A stretch of DNA of 64,000 nucleotides from Solirubrobacterales bacterium. Lineage in GTDB: Bacteria > Actinomycetota > Thermoleophilia > Solirubrobacterales > 70-9. Location of the stretch: assembly GCA_035689305.1 (NCBI GenBank), contig DASSLT010000033.1, forward strand, positions 46,794 to 110,793, read 5' to 3'. Numbering within the stretch: position 1 is the stretch's first letter; each line of letters opens with the position of its first letter. The notes below the pieces were generated by a model. It saw nothing but the letters and a program-made list of their open reading frames with translations. It was not told where the DNA came from and did no database searches. Of this stretch, positions 47,478 through 55,523 are shown in pieces. The position numbers were made by a program, and so were the translations under genes.

Positions 47478-49295
47478 GTGAGCCGCTCGCCGATCGACTC
47501 CTACCTGCAGCGCCTGCACGAGCGCTGGCAGGCCGAGCGCTCCGGCGCCGTCGCCGACTACATCCCGCCGCTGGCGCTGGCCGACCCGAGCTGGTTCGGG
47601 ATCGCGGTCGCGACGACCGAGGGTCACTGCTACGAGATCGGCGAGAGCCGCCGCGCCTTCACGATCCAGTCGATCTCGAAGCCGTTCACCTACGGCCTCG
47701 CCCTCCACGACCTCGGCTTCGAGGCGGTCGACGCCAAGGTCGGGGTCGAGCCGACCGGCGACGCCTTCAACTCGATCAGCCTCGACCCTGAGTCCGGCCG
47801 GCCGCTGAACCCGATGATCAACGCCGGCGCGATCACCTCGACCTCGCTCGTCGGCGGCGACTCGCCGACCGGGCGCGAGGCGCGGATCCTCGACGCCTAC
47901 GGCCGCTTCGCCGGCCGCGATCTGGCTGTCGACACGGACGTGTACGAGTCCGAGCGGGCGACCGGGCACCGCAACCGCGCGATCGGCCACATGCTGCGCG
48001 GCTTCGGGATTCTCGAGGACGACCCCGAGATCGCCCTCGACCTCTATTTCCGCCAGTGCTCGGTCGCGGTCGAGTGCCGCGACCTGGCGATGATGGCGGC
48101 GACCCTCGCCAACGGCGGCGTCAACCCGGCGAGCGGCGAGCGGGCGCTCGACCGCGTCGTCGTCGACCGCGTCCTCAGCGTGATGACGACCTGCGGCATG
48201 TACGACTCGGCGGGGGAGTGGGTGGTCGACGTCGGCATGCCGGCGAAGAGCGGCGTCGCCGGCGGCGTCCTCGCGGTGCTGCCGGGGCAGCTCGGGATCG
48301 CCGTCTTCTCGCCGCCGCTCGACCCGCACGGCAACAGCGTCCGCGGGATCGAGGTCTGCCGCCAGATCTCCGAGGACCTCAGCCTCCACCTCTTGCACGT
48401 CGCCCGCACCGCGCGCTCGGCGGTGCGCCGCACCTACAGCGTCGCCGACGTGCCCTCGCGCCGGCGCCGGCCCGAGGGCCAGTGCGCGGTCCTCGACGCG
48501 GTCGGCGCGCGGGGGATCGTCCACGTCCTCCACGGCGACCTCGTCTTCGCCGCGATGGAGAGCGTCGTCCACGGCATCGTCGACGAGCGCGAGGAGATCG
48601 ACGTCGCGATCGTCGACCTCACCGAGGTGACCGAGATGGACGCCGCCGCCGCCCGCATGCTTGCCGCGCTCGGGGTCTGGATGGCGGACGCGGGCGGGAC
48701 CCTGGCCGTCGTCGCCCCGCCCGACCACGACCTGCTCGGCGAGATTCCGACCGAGGGCCTGCGGCTGTTCGGAGATCTCGACGCGGCGACCGAGTGGTGC
48801 GAGGAGGAGCTCTTGGCCGCGCACGCCGGCGGTGTCGAGGAGGCGGCGCGGATCGCGCTCGCCGAGCACCGCCTCGCCCGCAACCTCGAGGCGGAGAAGC
48901 TGGCGCGGCTGGAAGGCGCGCTGCAGTCGCGGCCGTTCGTCGCTGGCGAGACGATCTTCGCCGCCGGCGACCCGGCCGACGCGATCTACCTGCTCCTCGC
49001 CGGCGAGGTCACGGTCGAGATCGAGCTCGACGGCGAGCGCCGGCGGCGGCTGGCGACCCTGACCCCGGGCCTCGCCTTCGGCGAGCTGGCTTTGGCCGAG
49101 ATCCCGGTGCGGCCGGTCAGCGTCCGCGGCGAGAGCGACGGCGAGTGCCTGGTCCTGACCGTCGCCGAGTTCGATCGCCTCGGCGAGATCGACCCGGCCC
49201 TGCAGGCGGCGCTGCTGCGCAACCTCCTGATCAGCTTCTCCGAGGTGATCGGGCGGATGAGCCGCGAGGTCGGTTCGCTCTTCCGCGGCCGCTGA
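47478..49295 (+). CDS. glsA: Glutaminase fused to STAS-like and cyclic-nucleotide-binding domains
   Basis: FTIQSISKPFTYGLAL, NPMINAGAI and PAKSGVAGGV (glutaminase). Next comes an anti-sigma-antagonist-like segment. The C-terminal cNMP domain reads FAAGDPADAIYLLLAGEV...FGELAL. Confidence 0.8.
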   Translation: MSRSPIDSYLQRLHERWQAERSGAVADYIPPLALADPSWFGIAVATTEGHCYEIGESRRAFTIQSISKPFTYGLALHDLGFEAVDAKVGVEPTGDAFNSISLDPESGRPLNPMINAGAITSTSLVGGDSPTGREARILDAYGRFAGRDLAVDTDVYESERATGHRNRAIGHMLRGFGILEDDPEIALDLYFRQCSVAVECRDLAMMAATLANGGVNPASGERALDRVVVDRVLSVMTTCGMYDSAGEWVVDVGMPAKSGVAGGVLAVLPGQLGIAVFSPPLDPHGNSVRGIEVCRQISEDLSLHLLHVARTARSAVRRTYSVADVPSRRRRPEGQCAVLDAVGARGIVHVLHGDLVFAAMESVVHGIVDEREEIDVAIVDLTEVTEMDAAAARMLAALGVWMADAGGTLAVVAPPDHDLLGEIPTEGLRLFGDLDAATEWCEEELLAAHAGGVEEAARIALAEHRLARNLEAEKLARLEGALQSRPFVAGETIFAAGDPADAIYLLLAGEVTVEIELDGERRRRLATLTPGLAFGELALAEIPVRPVSVRGESDGECLVLTVAEFDRLGEIDPALQAALLRNLLISFSEVIGRMSREVGSLFRGR

Positions 49296-49307
49296 GAGGA
49301 TCGAGCG

Positions 49308-49640
49308 GTGCTCGCCGAGGTCTCGATCCCGCGCCACTTCAACGGCCCGCTCGAGAGCGGCAACGGCGGCTACTGCGCCGGCGTCTTCGCCGCCCTCATC
49401 GACGGCCCGGCGGCGGTCAACCTGCGGCGGCCGATCCCGCTCGACGAGCCGGCCGCCTTCCTCGTCCGCTTCCGCACCGACCTGCGGGCGCCGGTCGCGG
49501 TCGGCGCGGAGCACGTCGTGATCGGCTGGCCCCTGGCCCGCGACGGCCGCAAGCTGCGCTCCGCCTCCGCCATCCTCGACGCCGAGGGCGAGGCGCTGGC
49601 CGTCGCCGAGGCGCTGATGATCGAGCCGCGGCCCGAATGA
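49308..49640 (+). CDS. Hotdog-fold (PaaI-like thioesterase) small protein
   Basis: FNGPLESGNGGYCAGVFAAL resembles the N-terminal motif of a hotdog family I recognise only loosely. GTG start. It overlaps the next ORF at ATGA. Confidence 0.5.
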   Translation: MLAEVSIPRHFNGPLESGNGGYCAGVFAALIDGPAAVNLRRPIPLDEPAAFLVRFRTDLRAPVAVGAEHVVIGWPLARDGRKLRSASAILDAEGEALAVAEALMIEPRPE

Positions 49641-50141
49641 AGGCGCTGGTCCTCTCCGGCGGCGGCGTCGCCGGCATCTCCTGGATGCTCGGCATCGTCG
49701 AAGGACTCGCCCGCGGCGAGGCGATCGAGCGCCAGCGCCGGGACGAGAACGCCGAGATCGTCGTCCCCTTCGCGATCGACGAGTTCCTCGCCGCGATCGA
49801 CCGTGCCCGCGCCGAGGAGCCGACCGAGGCGGCGGCGCTGGTCCGGATCGCCAACATGGAGCCGCTCGGCCCCACATCAGCGAAGCCGAACGGCGGGCGG
49901 TGATCGCGGCGCGGCTGCCGCGCCAGGAGTGGCCCGAGCGGCGGCTGCTGATCAACGCGATCGACGCCGAGAGCGCCGCGATCGCGCCGGCCGAGGTCCA
50001 CCTGATTTCTCTCGATTCCGCCTCGGTCGAGGCGATCGGCGACAACCCGCTCGACCCGATCCACACCGCCGCCCGGCGCTGGAAGCGGGCATCGCCCAGG
50101 CGGCGGACGAGCTGGCGGCGGTGCGCGAGTTCTGGGCCTGA
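49637..50141 (+). pseudogene. Decayed patatin-like phospholipase gene (frameshifts plus internal deletions)
   Basis: Frame A: MKALVLSGGGVAGISW (oxyanion GGGxxG), stop at 49903. Frame B: ISEAERRAVIAARLPRQEWPERRLLINAIDAES. Frame C: PALEAGIAQAADELAAVREFWA*. No GxSxG nucleophile segment is present. The total of ~505 nt compares with ~850 nt expected. Confidence 0.65.
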
Positions 50142-50178
50142 CTTAAAGAACCGCGCTGTCCACGCCGATTCGACCTGG

Positions 50179-51156
50179 GTGAACGTCCGTCGCGACGAAA
50201 GACTGCTCGCCATCATCCGCACCCAGACGGAGATCGCCGCCTCCGATCTCGACCTGCTGGCGACGATGCAGCTGATCGCCGAGCGCAGCCAGGAACTGAC
50301 CCGGGCCAGCGGCGCCGTGGTCGAGATCCTCGAGGGCGACGAGATGGTCTACGAGGTGACGACCGGCGACGCCACCCCTTATCTCGGGATGCGGCTGAAG
50401 AAGGACGACAGCCTTTCCGGTCTCTGTGTCGCCGAGGGCCGCCTGCTGCGCAGCGACGACACCTGCGAGGACCCGCGGGTCGACAGCGAGGCCTGCAGCC
50501 GGGTCGGCGCTGCGGCGATGATCTGCGTGCCGCTGGTCCACCGTCGCGAGGTGGTCGGCGTGCTCAAGGTCTACTCCGGCGTCGCCAACAACTTCGACGA
50601 CGACGACGTCGAGGCGCTGGAGCTGCTCACCGACCTGATCGCCGCCCACATCTCCCACGCCACCCACTTCGAGATGGAGGCCCACGACAGCCGCCACGAC
50701 GCCCTCACCGGCCTCGCCAACCGCCGCTCCTACCAGGAGCGGCTCGCGGTCGAGATCAACCGTGCCAACCGCTACGGCCACCCGCTCTCGATCTGCCTGC
50801 TCGACCTCGACGGCTTCAAGGAGGTCAACGACCGCCTCGGCCACACAGCCGGCGACGAGGTTCTGCGCAAAGTCGCCCGCGAGATCGACCAGTCGCGGGT
50901 CGCCGACGACGCCTTCCGGATCGGCGGCGACGAGTTCGCGATCCTGATGCCGGAGACGACCCCGGCCCAGGCCCAGCTCGCCGCCGATCGCCTTGCCAAC
51001 GACATCGTCGAGGTCAACCTCGGCGAGGCCGCGGTCGGCGTCTCCTACGGGATCGCGCTCGGCTTCGGCGATCCCGAGCTCGCCCACGCCGCCGCCGACG
51101 CCCAGCTGATCGCCGCCAAGGACCGGCTCTACGGCCGGCCGCCGAACGGCGACTGA
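50179..51156 (+). CDS. GAF-GGDEF diguanylate cyclase
   Basis: A GAF-like sensor (GLCVAEGRLLRSDD...MICVPLVHRREVVGVLKVY), then LTGLANRRSY...FRIGGDEFAIL. The start is uncertain: GTG 50179 is proposed, because the track start at 49900 reads through pseudogene remnants. Confidence 0.75.
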   Translation: MNVRRDERLLAIIRTQTEIAASDLDLLATMQLIAERSQELTRASGAVVEILEGDEMVYEVTTGDATPYLGMRLKKDDSLSGLCVAEGRLLRSDDTCEDPRVDSEACSRVGAAAMICVPLVHRREVVGVLKVYSGVANNFDDDDVEALELLTDLIAAHISHATHFEMEAHDSRHDALTGLANRRSYQERLAVEINRANRYGHPLSICLLDLDGFKEVNDRLGHTAGDEVLRKVAREIDQSRVADDAFRIGGDEFAILMPETTPAQAQLAADRLANDIVEVNLGEAAVGVSYGIALGFGDPELAHAAADAQLIAAKDRLYGRPPNGD

Positions 51157-51173
51157 GCCGACCCGAGCCGCGT

Positions 51174-52817
51174 TCAGGCGAGGCGGCGTTCGAAGCTGCG
51201 CTCCAGCCCGTGCTCCTCCTGCTCGCCGGGGACCGTCTTGTCGACCGCGAGCGTCGCCGTGCGGCCGTCGAGCCGCAGCAGCGCCACCTGGTTGTCGAAG
51301 CAGGGGCCGTCGAGGGTGTGCCAGCGGATGCCGGCGTCCTCGGCGCCGGCGGCGCGGGCGAGCGCCCCGGCGAGAGCCGCAAAGGGGCGCGAGAAGCCGG
51401 CGCGGACGACGCGCCGCTCTTTCGCGTCGAGCGGATTGCGGTAGGGGGAGCAGACCGCCTGGTAGACCGGGCAGCGCTCGCCGTCGCCGCCGGGGTAGGC
51501 GACCTCGCAGAGGTAGGCGTGGTGGACGTCGCCGGAGAGGACGACGACCGAGGCCGGTCGCTTGCCCCCCTCGCCGCCGGCGACTTCGCCGAGCAGGTCG
51601 CGCAGCTGTCCGAACGAGCGCGAGAACGAGGCCCAGTGGTCGAAGTCGACCGCTCGCCGCAGCTTCTCTGCGGCGCGGGCCAGACGGGCGCCGTAGGCGC
51701 CGTCGCAGACCCGCTCGTTCCAGGCCTCGAGCCGGTCGAAGCCGGGGGAGAGGAGGAACGGCACGGTGGTCGCGATCAGCAGGTGGTCGAAGTCGCCGAC
51801 GGCGTGGCGGACGATCCAGTCCCACTCCTCCTCGTCGACCATCGAGCGCCGCCCCTCGTCCAGCACCCGACCCGCGCGCGAGTCGACGAAGATCGCCCGG
51901 GTGCGGCCGAAGTCGCGGCAGAAGCTCCAGCGGGTGCCCGATTCCTCGGCGTCGATTCGCCGCGCCCACTCGAACAGCTCGGCTCCCGCGTGCTGGTTGC
52001 CGCGGATCCGGGGGTAGAGCTCGTCTTCGTCGAGCGCGTGCGGCGAGAGGTTGCCGAGGTGCTGGTAGACCCAGTAGCTGGCGATGCACCCGATCGCACG
52101 GCGGTGCCACCAGGAGCGCTGTCGCATCTCCTCCAGCCAGGAGCGGGAGATGTTCCAGTCGTCGCTCATGTCGTGGTCGTCCCACAGCATCGAGACCGAG
52201 ACGGTCGAGAACAGCCAGCGGATCAGCGGCTCGCGCCAACTCTCCTCGTAGAGCCAGGTGTACTCCTCGAAGTCGGTTACCTCCTCGCCGGGCGGGGTCT
52301 CGGTGCCGCGGCGGCGGCCGATTCGCTCCCGCGTCCGCGGCGAGCCCTCGTCGACGTAGACCTGGTCGCCGAGCAGGAAGAGCTGGTCGGGCCAGCTGCG
52401 GCGCTCGCCGCGCGCGATCTCGCCGGCCAGGACCCAGAGCGCGTCGACCTCGAAACCGTCTTCGCTCTCGTCTTTGCTCAGCGTGTGGGGCGGCTGGTGG
52501 GGGACGGCGACGCGGCAGGAGCCGAAGCGGATGTCGAGCTGCCCGCTGCCGTCGAGGGTGCGGATCGTGCTCGGCGGCAGCTGCGAGCCAGGCTCGGGCC
52601 AGCGGCACTCGCCGTCCAGTGCGACCTCGTACTCATAGGTGCTGTCCGGTTCGAGGCCCTCGAGCCGGACCAGCGCGTAGTGATGGTCCTCGACGCGGAA
52701 GGTCGGCTCCCAGCGGCCCATCACCTCGACATCGCAGGCTGCGTCGGTCTCGACGAAGACGGTCGCCTCGGTGTCCGAGACATAGCGCAGCAGCGGGCCG
52801 AGGACCAGCTCGGTCAA
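51174..52817 (-). CDS. PhoD-like metallophosphoesterase (alkaline phosphatase D family)
   Basis: LVLGPLLRYVSDTEATVFVET, GDQVYVDEG, MLWDDHDMSDDWN and LSGDVHHAY. TTG 52817 (MTELVLGPLL) is proposed. The upstream part of the 708-aa track ORF is antisense to the next gene. Confidence 0.7.
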   Translation of the reverse strand: MTELVLGPLLRYVSDTEATVFVETDAACDVEVMGRWEPTFRVEDHHYALVRLEGLEPDSTYEYEVALDGECRWPEPGSQLPPSTIRTLDGSGQLDIRFGSCRVAVPHQPPHTLSKDESEDGFEVDALWVLAGEIARGERRSWPDQLFLLGDQVYVDEGSPRTRERIGRRRGTETPPGEEVTDFEEYTWLYEESWREPLIRWLFSTVSVSMLWDDHDMSDDWNISRSWLEEMRQRSWWHRRAIGCIASYWVYQHLGNLSPHALDEDELYPRIRGNQHAGAELFEWARRIDAEESGTRWSFCRDFGRTRAIFVDSRAGRVLDEGRRSMVDEEEWDWIVRHAVGDFDHLLIATTVPFLLSPGFDRLEAWNERVCDGAYGARLARAAEKLRRAVDFDHWASFSRSFGQLRDLLGEVAGGEGGKRPASVVVLSGDVHHAYLCEVAYPGGDGERCPVYQAVCSPYRNPLDAKERRVVRAGFSRPFAALAGALARAAGAEDAGIRWHTLDGPCFDNQVALLRLDGRTATLAVDKTVPGEQEEHGLERSFERRLA

Positions 52818-52916
52818 CGGATGGGGCTGGCGATGGTCAAGGTTTCCATTCCTCCGGTGACGGGTTCCCGGGTCGGTCAAAGCTGAAACGGGCTGAGCGG
52901 CCCGATATAAGGGCGT

Positions 52917-53444
52917 ATGCGCTTCATTGACCTCTCCGCCCCGATCACGGCCGACAGCGAGCCGCTGCCGGACCTGCTGCGGACCGAGGTCGAGTACTCC
53001 GACCACGCCGAGGGCGCGGCGGCGATCGAGACGATGTTCGGGGTCGGCCCCGAGTTCCTGCGCGACGGCGAGGGCTGGGCGGTCGAGACCTTCCTCCGCT
53101 TCGGCACTCACAACTCGACCCACGTCGACGCGCCCTGGCACTACAACTCGCAGATCGGCGGCGAGCCGGCGAAGACGATCGACCAGCTGCCGCTGGAGTG
53201 GTTCCAGGCGCCGGGCGTGGTCCTCGACTTCAGCGCCAAGGAGGACGGCGACGCCGTCGCCGAGGCCGAGCTCGAGGCGGAGCTCGCCCGGATCGGGCAC
53301 GAGCTGGCGCCGCTCGACATCGTCCTCGTCCGCACCGGTCGCGACGCCTTCTACGGCCAGCCCGACTTCACCGTCTCCTGCTTCCCGCTGCGCCTGGTCG
53401 GCGCCTCGGCCGCCCCGGCACGCGTCGTTGCCATTCTCGACTGA
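52917..53444 (+). CDS. Cyclase-family (kynurenine-formamidase-like) protein, apparently C-terminally truncated
   Basis: FGTHNSTHVDAPWHY (HxGTHxDxPxH-type motif) and DIVLVRTG. After ...YGQPDF it ends in a 17-aa unrelated tail. The expected C-terminal third is absent in all frames. Confidence 0.6.
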   Translation: MRFIDLSAPITADSEPLPDLLRTEVEYSDHAEGAAAIETMFGVGPEFLRDGEGWAVETFLRFGTHNSTHVDAPWHYNSQIGGEPAKTIDQLPLEWFQAPGVVLDFSAKEDGDAVAEAELEAELARIGHELAPLDIVLVRTGRDAFYGQPDFTVSCFPLRLVGASAAPARVVAILD

Positions 53445-53498
53445 CGTTCGGCCCCCAAGGCCGTTCTTGGGACATGGGCCTGGCCTTACCCTTCAAGG

Positions 53499-54935
53499 AT
53501 GCTGCTCTCCGACGACCGGCTGACGCGGCGGGCGATCGATGGCGACCAGAGCGCCTTCACGGCGATCTTCGAGCGCTACCAGGAGCCCCTCTACCGCTAC
53601 TGCCTGGCGATCCTCGGCGACCGCGAGGATGCCGAGGACGCGCTGCAGAGCGCGATGCTGAAGGTCCTGCGGGCGCTGCCCGGCGAGGAGCGGCGGATCG
53701 AGCTGAAGCCGTGGCTCTACCGGATCGCCCACAACGAGTCGGTCGAGCTGATCCGGCGCCGGCGCCCACGCGAGGAGCTCGACACCGAGCTGGTCGCCGG
53801 CGGGGCCGGGCCGGCGGAGGAGGCGGGCCAGCGCCAGCGCCTGCGCCAGCTCCTCGGCGATCTCGACCAGCTGCCCGAGCGCCAGCGCGGGACGCTGGTG
53901 ATGCGCGAGCTCGGCGGCCTCGGCTTCGAGGAGATCGGCGCCGCGCTCGGCACCTCGGCGGCAGTTGCCCGCCAGACCCTCTACGAGGCGCGGCTGGGGC
54001 TGCGCGAGATGGACGCGGGGCGTGAGATGGACTGCGACGAGGTGACGCGGGCGATCTCCGACGCCGACGGCCGGGTGCTGCGCCGGCGCGACCTCCGCGC
54101 CCATCTCCGCACCTGCGACTCCTGCCACCGCTTCAGCGAGGAAATCAGCGGCCGCGAACGCGACCTGGCGGCGCTCTCGCCGCTGCCGGCCGCGGTTGCC
54201 GCAGGGCTCCTGCAGGCGATTCTCGGCGGCGGGGCTGGCGCTGGCGCCGGGGCGGGCGGAGCCGGCGCCGCCGGCGCCGCGCTCGGGGCCGGGGCGGCGA
54301 AGACGATCGGCGCCTCGACCCTGCTGAAGGGGGCGGTGACGTTCGCGGTGGTGGCGGCGCTCGGGGTAGGAGCCGCCGACGAGGGCGGCCTGATCCACGT
54401 CGGGCTGCCGGGCGAAGGCGGCTCGCGCCCGAAGAGCTCGACCCCGCCGGCGTCCGAGGGCGCGGGGGGTGGCGCTGGGTCGCCGGCGCCCGCGACCGAC
54501 GGTGCCGGCGCGATCCCCATGCCGGAAGCGAAGCCCGGCGGCGGAGCCCACGCGAAGGTCGGCGCCGCCGCGGTCGCGGGCGGAACCGCTGCCGGCGGTG
54601 AGGACAAGGCCACCGCCCCGGCTGCGAGCCCCGGCGAATCGGCTGCTGAAGCACCTTCCCCAGAACGGCAGCCGTCGAGCGGTCCCTCCCACGGCCGGGA
54701 AACCGCCGCCGCCCACAAAGCGACCCCGAAGGGTGCAGCCAAGTCGAAGCCGGCCCATCCCAGCCACCCCGCGAAGCCGGTTCATCCCGCCAAGCCAACG
54801 CATCCCGAACACCCTTCGCACCCGGAAAAGCCGGTCCAGGCGGCGCAACCGGAACATCCCGCGAAGCCGGAAACGGCCGCCGCACCGGAACCGAAGTCGG
54901 AAAAGCCCGAACCGCCGGGGCAAGGTAAGCCCTGA
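53499..54935 (+). CDS. ECF sigma factor fused to a ZAS-like anti-sigma motif, TM segment and Pro-rich repeat tail
   Basis: Region 2 (YRYCLAILGDREDAEDALQSAMLKV...WLYRIAHNESVE) and region 4 (RGTLVMRELGGLGFEEIGAALGTSAAVARQTLYEARLGL). Then HLRTCDSCHRF, a Gly/Ala tract with a hydrophobic segment (LLKGAVTFAVVAALGVGAA), and HPxKP-type repeats. Confidence 0.8.
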   Translation: MLLSDDRLTRRAIDGDQSAFTAIFERYQEPLYRYCLAILGDREDAEDALQSAMLKVLRALPGEERRIELKPWLYRIAHNESVELIRRRRPREELDTELVAGGAGPAEEAGQRQRLRQLLGDLDQLPERQRGTLVMRELGGLGFEEIGAALGTSAAVARQTLYEARLGLREMDAGREMDCDEVTRAISDADGRVLRRRDLRAHLRTCDSCHRFSEEISGRERDLAALSPLPAAVAAGLLQAILGGGAGAGAGAGGAGAAGAALGAGAAKTIGASTLLKGAVTFAVVAALGVGAADEGGLIHVGLPGEGGSRPKSSTPPASEGAGGGAGSPAPATDGAGAIPMPEAKPGGGAHAKVGAAAVAGGTAAGGEDKATAPAASPGESAAEAPSPERQPSSGPSHGRETAAAHKATPKGAAKSKPAHPSHPAKPVHPAKPTHPEHPSHPEKPVQAAQPEHPAKPETAAAPEPKSEKPEPPGQGKP

Positions 54936-54985
54936 CATCCGCCTCCCGTCGGCGTTTCTGCTGGGAACCGACGCAAGGAGGCACG

Positions 54986-55396
54986 ATGAAGCTGTTGATC
55001 AGGATCGCGGTGATCACGGGCGCGCTCGCCCTCGCGGCGGCGCCGGCGATGGCGGGCCAGTCGCCGACCGGGCAGGAACACGGCAACGGCCCGAAGGGAC
55101 CGAAGTACGCGCCGGAAGCGCCGCAGACGCCGGGACCGAAGGCGCCGCTGCCGGAGCAGGCAAAGGCCTATGGGGTCTACTGCCAGGGACAGAGCAGGAA
55201 GCACGTCGACGGGCAGAAGGGCACCCCCTTCAGCCAGTGCGTGACGGCGATGGCGAAGGCCGCTCACAACGAGCGGATGAGCGCTCGCCAGGCCTGTAAA
55301 GGCCTCAGCAAGAAGCACGTCAAAGGCGTCAAGGGGACGTCGTTCTCCCGCTGCGTGACTGCGGCGGCGAAGCTGCGCAAGGTCCTGAGCAGCTGA
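54986..55396 (+). CDS. Small secreted protein with a duplicated C-x-G-x-S-[RK]-K-H-V-x-G-x-K-G-T-x-F-S-x-C-V-T-A motif
   Basis: Signal peptide IAVITGALALAAAPAMA. The two units are CQGQSRKHVDGQKGTPFSQCVTAMAKA and CKGLSKKHVKGVKGTSFSRCVTAAAKL. Confidence 0.7.
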   Translation: MKLLIRIAVITGALALAAAPAMAGQSPTGQEHGNGPKGPKYAPEAPQTPGPKAPLPEQAKAYGVYCQGQSRKHVDGQKGTPFSQCVTAMAKAAHNERMSARQACKGLSKKHVKGVKGTSFSRCVTAAAKLRKVLSS

Positions 55397-55410
55397 ACCG
55401 TTCGCATAGG

Positions 55411-55446
55411 GGCCCGCCGCCATTTCCATGATCCCGGCGGCGGGCC
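55411..55446 (+). terminator. GC-rich hairpin after the small secreted-protein gene
   Basis: GGCCCGCCGCC-14 nt-GGCGGCGGGCC lies 15 nt after the stop. There is no U-tract. Confidence 0.4.
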
Positions 55447-55523
55447 ACCTAGCTCCGCCTGGTCTCAGAGATTCGTCCAAGGCAGGTTGATCTTTCGCCC
55501 GCTTCCGGGTTCTGGTCGAAGAG

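Noticed and set aside
49900-50178. N-terminal 93 aa of the 418-aa GAF-GGDEF track ORF.
   Set aside because: This stretch is a remnant of the patatin pseudogene read in one of its frames (IAARLPRQEWPERRLLINAIDAES). It is unlikely to be part of the cyclase, so a start near 50179 is more plausible.
52818-53300. N-terminal extension of the PhoD-like ORF (track start 53300).
   Set aside because: The extension is antisense to the cyclase-family gene and has a low-complexity translation. The conserved PhoD-like N-terminus (TELVLGPLLRYV) begins at the TTG at 52817.
54180-54300. GC-rich low-complexity nucleotide repeat (GGCGCx)n.
   Set aside because: It encodes the Gly/Ala linker of the fused ECF sigma protein in frame. 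It is not an independent repeat element.
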